A stretch of 63,969 bases of DNA, counting the filler, from Octopus bimaculoides (Eukaryota), in NCBI RefSeq assembly GCF_001194135.2. It is 4 parts of 4 records of this genome, joined end to end, with 100 filler letters (N's around TTAATTAATTAA, not from the genome) between each part and the next. Parts side by side here need not be neighbours in the genome. Positions count along the whole stretch, not along the records: positions 25,821 to 47,652 come from NC_068988.1; positions 47,753 to 60,981 come from NC_069002.1; 2 more parts are not named here. The stretch is one strand, 5' to 3'. The position numbers were made by a program, and so were the translations under genes. The notes below the pieces were generated by a model. That model was given only the letters and a program-made list of their open reading frames with translations. It searched no databases and was not told the origin of the DNA. This document shows positions 38,374 through 50,873 of the stretch, piece by piece. Positions within the stretch are counted from its first letter, which is position 1. Each line of letters starts with the position of its first letter.

Positions 38374-38419
38374 GACACCTGACGAAGGCTGGAGGGTATA
38401 TCAGCCGAAACGTTGTGTT
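38374..38419 (+). ncRNA. minimal type I hammerhead ribozyme motif (Penelope-type), core intact
   Basis: Stem I GACAC/GTGTT; CTGACGA 38379-85; extra A; stem II GGCTG/CAGCC; GAAA 38407-10; palindromic ACGT stem III; predicted GUU cleavage after 38414. Activity untested. Confidence 0.75.
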
Positions 38420-39448
38420 AACAACAATCAAGATGAGGACAAATATCCGTCAAATGTAAATAATGTAAATAATGTAAATAATTCCTCATCTCTTAAATAA
38501 ATATAGAACTGTATTTTCTTCAGAGTAATTTACATTTTGCTTCTCCTCATCGACTACAAAGTTGTCTGCTGTAAAATACTGTGTGACTTCACCTGGCGGG
38601 AGATAGCGAGATTAATTATTTAGTCGCAAATCATCTTTGTTTGAGACGTTTCGTTATTATTTTCTGCTAAATATTTTCACTATTATCGTTTATTATTTAT
38701 CAGAGTTCTCAAGTTCTCATATAATGTCTCTAAGATGTCAGCCCTTTTATGCATCATTGCTGGTGGTGTTTCAATCATGCCTGTATTTTAACCGTTATCG
38801 TAAACAAGAGTTTCGTTTTTTTTTCGTTGTAAGCATTGACTGAATGAAGAGACACCATGTAATCTAGTACCGGAGAGAAGTTGATTACTTTCATATATCT
38901 TCACGAAGGCGGTTATTCGAAACAATTCTCTATATCAGTATGGGAACGTCTTGTTACAAGGTGTACGGTTTCACATATATCTCCATGAAGAAAAAGAAAC
39001 AATTGCCGCGTGGAAGACGTTTCTAAGCCATTTAAAAACACACAAAAACCGTTAGTTTCACTTCAAAACTTCGTGCACCGCAAGCGTTCCACGCCGCTAT
39101 TGTCTTTGCTTCAGCACACTAACTCAGATCAAGTCACTTGTTATGCAAGTACATCTCCGTAACGAAAATGGACAATTTTCTTTAGTTCTGATCGTCAGGA
39201 GAACATTTACACACTGGAGTCTCAACAATTCTTGGAATGTGAAAGCTCAAAGCAGCAATTTTCATATTCTATATCGGTTTAAAAACATTACGGCAAATTT
39301 TAAATGAGAATAATGAATTTTTCAAGCATGGACAGAGTGTGTCGCATCCCTCTGTAAATTGTTCTGCCATCACTCATCGAAAATGCCACATGTTGCATTG
39401 ATTACATATAATGTGTATATTCATTTATCTATCTATCTGTTTATATAT

Positions 39449-39479
<31 letters not shown>

Positions 39480-39516
39480 CAAATATGTGTGTGTGCGTAT
39501 GTGTGTACATACTTAC

Positions 39517-39555
<39 letters not shown>

Positions 39556-39669
39556 CATATATATATATGCGTGTGTGTGTGTATAAATATACACACGCAG
39601 CAAATAGTTCAGGTCACTTGAGAGTAATTACCATGATATATTATCTTAAGTATGCATGTGTACACACAT

Positions 39670-39700
<31 letters not shown>

Positions 39701-40735
39701 CATATGTACGTGTATGCGTGTCTGTATACACACACGCACGCTCACACACATATATATATATATATATACACGTATACATACATATATCTCTATCTATACA
39801 TACATATACATACATGCATATATATGTGTGTATGTATATATATATNNNNNNNNNNNNNNNNNNNNNNNNNNNNNNNNNNNNNNNNNNNNNNNNNNNNNNN
39901 NNNNNNNNNNNNNNNNNNNNNNNNNNNNNNNNNNNNNNNNNNNNNNNNNNNNNNNNNNNNNNNNNNNNNNNNNNNNNNNNNNNNNNNNNNNNNNNNNNNN
40001 NNNNNNNNNNNNNNNNNNNNNNNNNNNNNNNNNNNNNNNNNNNNNNNNNNNNNNNNNNNNNNNNNNNNNNNNNNNNNNNNNNNNNNNNNNNNNNNNNNNN
40101 NNNNNNNNNNNNNNNNNNNNNNNNNNNNNNNNNNNNNNNNNNNNNNNNNNNNNNNNNNNNNNNNNNNNNNNNNNNNNNNNNNNNNNNNNNNNNNNNNNNN
40201 NNNNNNNNNNNNNNNNNNNNNNNNNNNNNNNNNNNNNNNNNNNNNNNNNNNNNNNNNNNNNNNNNNNNNNNNNNNNNNNNNNNNNNNNNNNNNNNNNNNN
40301 NNNNNNNNNNNNNNNNNNNNNNNNNNNNNNNNNNNNNNNNNNNNNNNNNNNNNNNNNNNNNNNNNNNNNNNNNNNNNNNNNNNNNNNNNNNNNNNNNNNN
40401 NNNNNNNNNNNNNNNNNNNNNNNNNNNNNNNNNNNNNNNNNNNNNNNNNNNNNNNNNNNNNNNNNNNNNNNNNNNNNNNNNNNNNNNNNNNNNNNNNNNN
40501 NNNNNNNNNNNNNNNNNNNNNNNNNNNNNNNNNNNNNNNNNNNNNNNNNNNNNNNNNNNNNNNNNNNNNNNNNNNNNNNNNNNNNNNNNNNNNNNNNNNN
40601 NNNNNNNNNNNNNNNNNNNNNNNNNNNNNNNNNNNNNNNNNNNNNNNNNNNNNNNNNNNNNNNNNNNNNNNNNNNNNNNNNNNNNNNNNNNNNNNNNNNN
40701 NNNNNNNNNNNNNNNNNNNNNNNNNNNNNNNNNNN

Positions 40736-40771
<36 letters not shown>

Positions 40772-40810
40772 AGTATACCATGTGCTTTATATGTATAATA
40801 TATATATATA

Positions 40811-40975
40811 TACTTGTATATGATGTGTTGTGAATTTATGGAAAGAAATCCCATAAAACTCAACAATTTTGTAAAAATGGAGAAGAGATGATATCTTCTC
40901 TTCTCCATTTTTAACAAAATTGTTGAGGTTTATGTAATTTCTTTCCATAAATTCACAACGCATCATGTACAAGTA
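40811..40975. repeat. 165-bp near-perfect palindrome (about 78-bp arms), TA-flanked
   Basis: tacttgta.atgatg.gttgtgaatttatggaaagaaat...ggagaagaga / tgatatct / inverse. Confidence 0.9.
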
Positions 40976-41245
40976 TTATTTTCATATTCGCAATTTTATG
41001 CCTGTAAACTACCAGCAAAATATGAAGAATCAATATTAGAAATCTTTTTGGGAAACCTCCAAGTTAAAGGACGGATCTCATTCAACCTTTTTACACATAT
41101 ATACTATCACTTATTATTAATAACCTCATATATATATATGTGTCTGTTTCTTTGAAATAATGAAAGAAGGCCTTTATGTTTAACTTCATGTCTTTTATAT
41201 ACCCTATTCTTCTTTGTTGCAGGCTTTTTTCAATCTTCATCTGTG

Positions 41246-41449
41246 TTTACATTATTTGTCCTCATCTTGTTTGTTGTTAACACAATGTTCCGGCTGATAT
41301 ACCCTCCAGCCTTCATCCTTGGGGAAATTTCAACTCTATTGTTAATATGATTATTATTATTATTATTATCATTTTAATTCAGGTCCGAACTTGGAATCTT
41401 GGCGTTAGTAGCCCGCGCTCTTAACCACTACGCCATATGCCTGTGGGCA
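41246..41449 (-). mobile_element. second locus of the tRNA-head/hammerhead-tail SINE, degraded
   Basis: Same head (tgcccacaggcatatggcgtagtggttaagagcgcgggctactaac) and tail (ggctggagggtatatcagcc); stem I and core partly deleted. Confidence 0.8.
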
Positions 41450-42102
41450 GCTATAGAGTGAATTTTAGAGCTTATAAATCTAATACACGAAAACTAAAAG
41501 AAACAGCGCATATGCTAGGACACAACAACCTCAAATGTGCATATTTTTCTCTGTTTCTAAGAAATATAACTGGTATTTTATCTTTCTTCTGTGATATAAT
41601 GATTCATCTGCTAGACGGCAATAAAATTTAGGGACTTTAAATCTTAAAGTAATATAAATGCTAGACCCGTTAATTTGAAATCCTGATTGGATCATTACTG
41701 ATGTTACCACTGTATAAAAGAATTTTAAGCCCGAAACGAATTTCTTGCTATCATGCCTGTTAGCCACACTATATTAAAAAAAAAACGGAATAAATTCTTA
41801 ATTATCTCTGGCATACGTTATCACGGACATTAAAGGTGAGAGAAAAAAATTCTGGTATGCAACTTAGGCAGAGCTGCCAATGAAAATGTCAGGAAACAAG
41901 ATCATATTCGTAAAGAAAAGAGCACTCAGAATGAAATATAAGAAAATCAAATAACAACTGATGTTAAACAAATTCGAGTCCTAATAGAAATGTAGTGGAT
42001 TTTTACTTCTCATGTCGAACGCGTTAAATGCTTATCCTCTTTTTAAATTTGACTTGAAAGAGCAAGCAATTCGTTGTTTTTTCTCCATATTTTCTATATG
42101 CA

Positions 42103-42497
42103 GGTGAAGGCATGGCTGTGGAGTTAAGAAGCTCGCTTTGCAAACAGATGGTTTTGGGTTCGGTCTCACTATGCGGCAGCTTGAGCAACCGTTGTTTGCA
42201 ATATCCCTGGGTCGACTAACGCATTGTGGGTGAATTTGGTAGATAGAAATTGTGTGGAGGCTTGTCTATGTGTGTGTGCGCGCGCGCGCGTTTGCCTCAC
42301 CCGGCGTGACAGCAAGTTTGGGCTTGTTTACATCGCAGTAAAGCAGAGGTTCGGCAAAAATTAACATAGAATTAGTAGCAGACCCGAAAAATAAATATTA
42401 CGATCAGTTTGATCGACTTTAAAAGAAAATCTTTCAAGATGGTGCTCCAGTTTGGTCGCAGTTCAATGACTGACACAACTAAAAGTAAAAGATAAAA
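42103..42497 (+). mobile_element. diverged full-length SINE, family B-like
   Basis: Head gcatggctgtggagttaagaagc...gggttcggtctc; tail gctccagtttggtcgcagttcaatgactgac. Confidence 0.65.
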
Positions 42498-44450
42498 TAA
42501 TAATTCGCTGTTTTCTTTAAGTTTTTAAATTCCTTTTTAGTCTCTTTGTTTAGAATACGAGGCTCAAGATTCTCAGTTAATTGTTTTCTGAATTCCTACA
42601 TGGGGTATTCTTAAGCCTTTCTAATAATAGATTGGTTTGCAAGTAATTCGCATTAGCATGCTTTTTTGACTGGGGGCGTTGTTGTTCGTTTTTATTTGAG
42701 AGAATATTCTTTCAATTTATACTGACGAAGGTAGCTTGGTCGTTAATTTAAAATTGGATAAAATAGTTTTTCAATTTTCAAGTCCATTGTTAATATCAGC
42801 AGGAATATTTCCTGTAGAGATGGGTAACTTGTCTGCATTTTACACGATAACCTCAACATCGATCTCCAAGATCACTTAGATTGCATTCTGGCACAATGAA
42901 TGGGAAATCAACAGCTAATGCAATGACAGACATGGGAGATATGCTAGTATCATTGGCTACTTTGCGCCAAATATCTTTAATTTGCCAATGATTCTAAGTT
43001 CACAGAACAGAAACCTTTTTTTTTTCCTTTGTATTTCATTATAAAATTCTACTAGGAATTTCAAACAATCAGTTTTAAATTTTCTATTATTGATTTTGTC
43101 TTCAAAAGTTCACTAATTAAACGTACTGTTGCCTTTCCTTCAAGGTAAACATCATTAATGTTTTTGTAATTACTTCCATTGCTTCGATCAATTTCTGATA
43201 ATTTATCGTTCTTCAGTAATTCATCGTTAATAAAGAAAATCAAAAGTTGTTTATTTTTTTTCTCTCTGTGTGTGTATGTGTGTTCTGATGATGGTAAACA
43301 CAGACGATGCAACCTAAAAGATTAGAACTGAACATTCATTAATTTTACGTTCTGTGATGCGTACTGAAGGAAAAGTGCTTGATTCTATGACGGCTTAATA
43401 ACGTGTAAATTCTCCTGGCACCATTACCTTAGCCAACTTAATAATGAAATAAATCATGAAATTATTCTGTCACAGTTATAATTTCACGAGTCATTCCTGC
43501 ATGGTCCGAGGTTAAGTATTTTGGGAAAGATTCTCCCGTCCTCTTAAATGAATATCAACAGACGTTGTCTATTTCTGCTGCGCAAAGACCTCTATACATG
43601 CGGGCAACTCACAGACGTATACAATAATAAAAGCTGATGGCACCCCATATCTCAAGAATTTATCGAAGCTATTTTAGTTTCGACCATATTGAATTTGTTC
43701 TTTCACGTTCAATTATATTTTCTAAAGTAATATTCCTTTCACACGAGTTTAATTTGTCAGTATTATGAAGACAAAGAATTATTCCACTTACGACAGCTAC
43801 TGTAACTAAGAATGCACCATGCATCTACATCATATTTATTCAAACAAATGAGTCCTACCACTAGAGTCGAACTTTGAACTGTCGGTACTTCCACCAATTC
43901 ATGAAATTTGAACTAAGAACGAAAAGACAAACGAAATACCGCGCTAAGCATTTCGGCTGCGCGATAACGCTTCTGACAACTCGCCGCGTTAGAATGTAAG
44001 AATTAATTTTAGAAATATATTCTCATCGTAACATTATTGGAGTGTTACTTCTTACTTCCTCACTTACTGACAATAAATTTCATAACATTTCACCTCGCAA
44101 CTTTTTTTTACTAATTTTTGTTCAATGCAACAGACGTTTATGAATTCCTCATGCATTTTTCTATCATTTAAGCCTAAGAACAGTATCCTTTTATTTCAGA
44201 ATAAAAACAATTATCTTAATTAAAGATGAATAAGTGCCTTACTACCTACCTATAAACCTCATATATTTTGATGTAACTTCTACTGAACCAAAACTGAAAC
44301 TATTTATGCCAAAGTGTAGCTGAGAAGGTGTTCTCTTTAAAACTTGTTAACAGTTTATAATTTAGTTGATAACTGAATTAGTGGTGAAGCTTGGAAGCTG
44401 CTGCGATTGATGAAATAGTGGACTTAAAAATATATTCAACCACTACCGTG

Positions 44451-44498
<48 letters not shown>

Positions 44499-44773
44499 TA
44501 CATGCATACGTACATAGTACCTACATACATATATACATGCATACATATCCATACCTATGCATCTTCGTATATATGTATGTATGTATGTATGTATGCGTGT
44601 AGTATAAGTTCTTTTTAAAGATTTATTTATTTGATCGAAAATACGCAGATTATAAAATAATTTCAAAATATGAACTCAGAAACCGGATTGAGGGAGAGAA
44701 ACCAGTTCCGGGGAAAAAGCATGACGAACAGATATGGTCCAGTCAATTTGTTTTTAGAACATCTCTTCTGCAG

Positions 44774-44962
44774 CTGACTCCAGTTACGTACTCAGGAAAA
44801 GCCTTGCCGCTGCACGATCAGCACATCTCCGTGCACTTACACCTTGGGTGAAATATTGGTAAGACATTTAAACCATGTTGAAGCTGATGAGTCTTAAATT
44901 CTCCGTGAAATGATTCCCTCGACCAAGAAAGGAAAACATGAGCAGGCTGGATTTCAGGCGGA
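44774..44962. other. unique GC-richer island with overlapping exon-like units on both strands
   Basis: Plus: cttctgcag|44774-44858|gtaaga (DSSYVLRKSLAAARSAHLRALTPWVKY). Minus: tttcttccctacag|44962-44841|gtaagt (PPEIQPAHVFLSWSRESFHGEFKTHQLQHGLNVLPIFHPR). Confidence 0.3.
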
Positions 44963-45499
44963 CTGTAGGGAAGAAACGTAAACAACAGTCAAGCTTCAAT
45001 GAGAGGACAGGCCATGTGAAGCTACGAAGATTTCGAACTCTTACCTCGTGAGATTGATAAATCAACTAGGTCGTTCTTCTCAATGATTGCAAACGATGCA
45101 ATTTAGCATTTAAACAGACTACGAACAAAGAAAAGCTTATTAAAATGGCTTCTGTTATTTTTAAACAAAGTGCTATTAATGATATTTTCTATATTTTCTA
45201 TGCAACTGTATTTTAATTCTTTATAGTCTCTCAATGTTTTTAACTATTAGATGAACTTTTTTTTCAATCATTTGTGGTCTCTGAAGATATCCCGATAACA
45301 CACTGCATTGAAATTCTCTTTCCCAATAACGCATTATGATATTCTGCTTCCATTTCGAGACATTTCTCTCCTAATAACTATATTTAAAAAATGGCTAAAT
45401 TGCTATTACCTGACATGGCTATATCTCTACTACACTGCTCGATGAAAACTCATATATCATCACATAAATTTTTTAAGCGTTTGAGTAACAGAATGGCTC

Positions 45500-45500
45500 G

Positions 45501-45563
<63 letters not shown>

Positions 45564-45565
45564 GC

Positions 45566-45642
<77 letters not shown>
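45500..45642. repeat. (GATA)n(GACA)n(GATA)n compound microsatellite (inverse form at 50009-50181; simple (GATA)n at 44451-44497)
   Basis: Direct reading. Confidence 0.95.
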
Positions 45643-45818
45643 CCGCAATATGCAAATGCCTATGTTGTACTAGACTATTCGAAACACGTGTAAGCTAAAT
45701 AAACTATTGATAATGCATCTTCATTGTTCAGGGTTTTACAAACGTATATGCCTCAATCTTACCTTCATATTCTTTCCTTACTACGTCTCTCACTTTCTCC
45801 ACTCCCTTTCTCTTAAAG

Positions 45819-45914
45819 GTTCCGTTGAACTGGATAGTCACATGGTACAAAGAAAATGAGGACTGGCTAACACGCAAGAACACACTATTCACAGATCAAA
45901 ATTCTATGATATAA
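45819..45914 (+). CDS. candidate terminal coding exon
   Basis: Long pyrimidine tract ...ccctttctcttaaag|GTT; VPLNWIVTWYKENEDWLTRKNTLFTDQNSMI*. Confidence 0.3.
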   Translation, partial: VPLNWIVTWYKENEDWLTRKNTLFTDQNSMI

Positions 45915-45988
45915 CTATTATGTGTCTATCATTTCCAACACATATAGTGTGTGTGTGTGTGTGAATGTGTCTGTGCGTGTATATATGC

Positions 45989-46022
<34 letters not shown>

Positions 46023-46050
46023 ATATAAATCTATATCTATATATAGGTAT

Positions 46051-46455
46051 ACTCTTTCACTCATTTACTTGTCGCAGTCATTTGGTGGTGGCCATGCTGG
46101 AGCCCCGCCTTTAGTCGAACAAATCGACCCCAGGACTTATTCCTTGTAAGCCTAGTACTTATTCTGTCGGTCTCTTTTTGCCGAACCGCTAAGTTACGGG
46201 GGCGTAAACACAACAGCATCGGTTGTCAAGCGATGTTGGTGGGACAAACAGACAGACACTAACACATACATATATATATGACGGGCTTCTTTCAGTTTCC
46301 GTCTACCAAATCCACTCACAAAGCTTTAGTCGGCCCGAGGCTAAAGTTGAAGACACTTGCCCAAGGTGTTACGCAGTGGGACTGAAATCGGAACCATGTG
46401 GTTCGTAAGCAAGCTACTTACCACACAGCCACTCCTACGCCTACAGCCACTCCTG
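46051..46455 (-). mobile_element. full-length SINE family B, CpG intact
   Basis: As 27793-28200. Confidence 0.9.
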
Positions 46456-46906
46456 TCATAAGAACAGATGATTATGAAATAGAAAATGTATTTAGTGCTT
46501 CACTTACGATAGATATTTTCCTCTTTTAACACACTGACTTCAGTTTTCCAAACAATATTATTACCCGTCGCAAGAGGCAGACTATAATACATGCCTGATG
46601 CATAAATGCAAAGATTTATAAACACCGGCGTACACTCATCGTACATATCTGAATTTTTGTCAAACATTTTGTATTTCAATATGAATGACACATAGTATAT
46701 ATAATATACATATAATATATATACTTTTACGTTGATAGATAGATAAGTACGTATACGTATATAAACATACATACCTATACATACGCACATGCATATACAC
46801 ACACACGCATATATGTATATATATATATAGATCGATACGTTATATATATGTATGTGTATATATATATGTTTCTGTGTGTGTATGTGTGTGTGTGTGTGTG
46901 TGTGTT

Positions 46907-46952
46907 CTCCTTTCGCTTTCTCCATGCTTTACCGCTAAATCCTGAACTTTTT

Positions 46953-47048
<96 letters not shown>

Positions 47049-47640
47049 TTATTATCTCTTATTCCTTTCTGCTGAAGAGCGTAGGCTCGAAACGTAACCG
47101 ATATTCCTGAGCGTCAAACTAATACACCTGCTTGCTGTTCATACATTTGTCTTCGCTCATGTGGTCACTCCAGTTTTATCCTGCTTTAACCCCCTATACT
47201 TCGGACTTACTACTGCCTGAATTTTCTGCACCTTTCCTCATCTACATACCAGTACTCCATTCGGATTACTACTGGATATTCCTACAGATTTCACTTGACT
47301 TTTCCGTTGATGAAAAATCGCTCCAGTATACCACGTCGTTTGAACATTTTTTAAATTTGTTTTTTCACACTCCATACGTTATTACTTTGCCTTTCTCTCT
47401 TCTTTTCTTTCCTTTTCGTCTGCTCCATGCTTGACCGCTAAATCCACAGGTTATTTTCATTATCTCTGTGCTTATTTTCTCTTAATCCTTTCTCGTGAAG
47501 AGTGTAGGCTTGAATCATGAAAGACGACCTTACTTCCTGAACGTCAAAGACTTTCCGTATTCCCGAGCGTCATACTAATACATTCTTTTGTTATTTACAC
47601 CACCTGTCCTCGTCTGTTGTTGTTTTTTCGTACATTCTCC
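46907..47640 (+). mobile_element. two tandem partial copies of a Penelope-like pseudo-LTR
   Basis: Units about 46907-47160 and 47405-47640 both match the reverse complement of 62835-63040 (gaagagcgtaggctcgaaacgt...ctaatac...cacctgtc.tcgtctgttg..ttttttcgt..attctccc). Confidence 0.8.
47064..47097 (+). ncRNA. variant minimal hammerhead-like motif
   Basis: CTGCTGA-A-GAGC-GTAG-GCTC-GAAA-CGT-A; the 3' strand of stem I is lost in this copy. Confidence 0.5.
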
Positions 47641-47896
47641 CATATATATATANNNNNNNNNNNNNNNNNNNNNNNNNNNNNNNNNNNNNNNNNNNNTTAA
47701 TTAATTAANNNNNNNNNNNNNNNNNNNNNNNNNNNNNNNNNNNNNNNNNNNNATATATATAATGTATAGTCATGTTCATGCGTGCATGTTATTGCGTTTA
47801 ATTAGATAACATATTTTAAGCTCCACCCGAGGGCATTGATCATTCTGTGATTATGACACACACCATATACACCCATACTTATCAACACACACACAC

Positions 47897-47946
<50 letters not shown>

Positions 47947-48340
47947 GTATATATACATATACACATACTTTCATATGATATCTAGACTTAGCTAACATTT
48001 CTGTGGGTAGTTGATGTCATTTTCGTTTTTAAACTTCCCTGCACGTACTGTAGTTTTTATAAGAATAGAGTTATATTGAGCGGTATGGTTCATTATATTA
48101 TCAAGACAGCTATAACTAATCTTTATATTGTTTTCGTTGAAGATGTTGCTGTCCTTGTGTGTTGCGAAGGAAGTGTTTATTTGTCAAGAATAGAACTTCT
48201 TTTAGCTATATTTGAAAACACATTTATATTGCAGATTTTCGTTTTATAATTCTTTGATTGTTTCAGTCATTGAAAGGTGTAATCGAACAAATTGACCCCA
48301 GTATTTATATTTTTAAATTCTGCTATTTATTCTATTGGTC

Positions 48341-48377
<37 letters not shown>

Positions 48378-48553
48378 GAGTGAGAGAGCAGCGCATACCA
48401 TCAAAGTGACACTGGGGTATAAATATACGAAGCCCATTATCCCCATCATGACTATCCGTCTGATAAGGGGACATCAGGCACAAGCATCAAAACCGTATGT
48501 GAGCAACATAGGGATATTATCACGATAAACTGCGCATGACTTTATTATTATTA

Positions 48554-48745
48554 GGGCGGCGAGCTGGCAGAATCGTTAGCACGCCGAACAAAATGCTTAA
48601 CGGCATTTCGTCCGTCTTTACTTTCTGAGTTCAAATTCCGCTGCAGTCGACTTTGCCTTTCATCTTTCGGGGTCGATAAGATAAGTACCAGTTGAGTACT
48701 AGGGTCGATATAATAGACTAGTTTCCACCCCTGAAGTTGCCTAGA
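48554..48745 (+). mobile_element. SINE family C (others about 43840-43990 minus, 49780-50007 minus, 50470-50660 plus, 54520-54640 minus, 59590-59760 minus)
   Basis: ggcggcgagctggcagaatcgttagcacgccg...GAGTTCAAATTCC...gtcgactttgcctttcatc. Confidence 0.85.
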
Positions 48746-50007
48746 AATGATTACTTTTGTGTTTTTTTCTTTACACTTGTTGAATTGTGGAGAACTGTAT
48801 TTTTCCAAGGATTTTCATAGAAGTCAGTTTTATATTATTAAGGAAAAACAACAAAATATAAAATAAAAATAAAAAGAAAGAATTCTGTTGACGAATTTAT
48901 TTAGTGTTTGTTGCTGTTAGATATGGATATCAACATCTGCAGTTGCATTGGTTATTAACACTTTCTGGTTTAGAAGAAAATGGATTTATATTTTTATGCT
49001 TCTGCTGTATAACCCTGTTTTACAAGCCAAATGTTTTTATTTAATGTGTTTTTCATTAATGAAAAAAAAACAAAAAAAAAAAACAAACAATTTTCTTTCA
49101 AATTTATTCGAACATTCCGATGTCATTGGTTCGGTTACATTCGTAATGGCGACCAATCAGCAAAGCAATGACTATGAAAAAAAAAAAGAAAGAAAGAAAA
49201 GAACGAAAAGAAAAATATTCTGTGCATGTAGAACAAAAATATATAAAAAAAAAAGACCATTAGCATTCCTGATTTTCAATAGTAGACGCATGATTTACGA
49301 AAAGAAGACCTGGTGCTTTTAGAAAAAAATGGTTTATTAAATGATTCTGTGAATTTGCTAGGTGACAACAGCAATAATAAATAAATAAAAATATAAAAAT
49401 AATTTAAAAATAAAAGGATCTTTATCGATTTTGGTAATGAGTATTCAGCTGGTCGATACTGAACTATTTGGTCATTAATTTAGTACGTGAGTAGCCGAGT
49501 ATTCTGCAGACACATGTATCCTTAATGTAATCCCACAGAATCAACGAAACAGCGTGTGACAAGGCTGCATCTTTGAATTACAGGTGCAATTCATCAGACA
49601 GGCTTCAGTATAGTTTCCTTTTACTCAGTATTCCTCATAAGACTTGGATTTACCTGGTGCTTTCACACAAGACACTAAGGGTCACTTAGTGGGATTGGGC
49701 CTGAGATCTCGTAACTATAAAACGAACATCTTCATTCTTTGGCCATGCTACGTCTACAAAACAACGGTAACATTGGCATTGACTTAGAAATATTGGTTTC
49801 AAATTTTGAAACAAGGCCAGCAATTTCGGGAAAGGAGGTAAGTGAATTACATCGACCCCAGTACATGACTGGTACTTATTTTATCGACCTGGAAAGGATG
49901 AAAGGCAAAGTCAACCTCGGCGGAATTTGAACTCAGAATGTGAAGACGGACGAAATGCTGTTAAGCATTTTGCCCGGCGTGCTAACGACTCTGCCAGCTC
50001 CGCGCCT

Positions 50008-50065
<58 letters not shown>

Positions 50066-50091
50066 GTCTGTCTGTCTGTCTGTCTGTCTGC

Positions 50092-50182
<91 letters not shown>

Positions 50183-50873
50183 AATCATATATCAGGACGA
50201 GGAGTGGAGAGTTGACAAATGATAGACTTGCAGATTTAGTTTTTGTCCTCTTAGACACTAATATCAAATCGTACCAGGACCAACTGACTTTCATGCTTTT
50301 AGAGTTGGTTGTAGTATTGCTTAGCATCTTTGTGGATTGTGCCAATAAATTTAACACTAAAAACAAACTTAAACAATTTTGTGAATCGGTTAATTTATGC
50401 TACAAACCCAGAAAAATGCTTATAAAAGGAATAAAAAGTGATAACAATAGGAGGATGGTGAGCTGGAAGAATCCTTAATGGGTCTGACGAAATGCTATGC
50501 GTCATTGCTTTCAGCTCTTTACAGTCTGAGTTTAAACCTCACCGAGGTCAGCTTTGGCTTTCGTTTTTTCGGGTTCGTTGAAATAAAGTACCAGTCAAAT
50601 ACTGGTGTCATAATCGACTTGTCATTCCCCTCAAAATTACTAGCTTTAAATCTTGCAACGGATCGGCATCCTGTTCAGGTGAATGTCATGATGTCAGTCA
50701 TTTATAGACCCAGGAAACCGAGTAATCGGCCTTATGAGTCTCAGTGCTACAGAAAAAAATTTGGATAAATAAAAAATGGGAGTCAAGTGAAATGGTTTAA
50801 CTTGATATCGAAACCGTATCGCAAGTAGTGATTTCTTTCTAGGAAATTACTCAGCTATATCTATTTCTTTATA

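Noticed and set aside
38586-38605. acttcacctggcgggagata resembling the U1 snRNA 5' end
   Set aside because: Similarity stops after about 20 nt; no stem-loops or Sm site follow.
39411-40917. Long ORFs of 300-450 aa in the ORF track (also about 24.4-25.2, 33.4-34.2, 55.2-56.6 and 61.6-62.8 kb)
   Set aside because: They are N gaps (X) plus (TA)n/(CA)n translations.
42722-42745. Additional CTGANGA motifs (42722, 33130, about 43286, about 17082)
   Set aside because: No stem II followed by GAAA, and no stem I partner.
44841-44962. TIR-domain assignment from HVFLSWS
   Set aside because: Only a short resemblance to the YDVFISYS motif, and the strand itself is uncertain.
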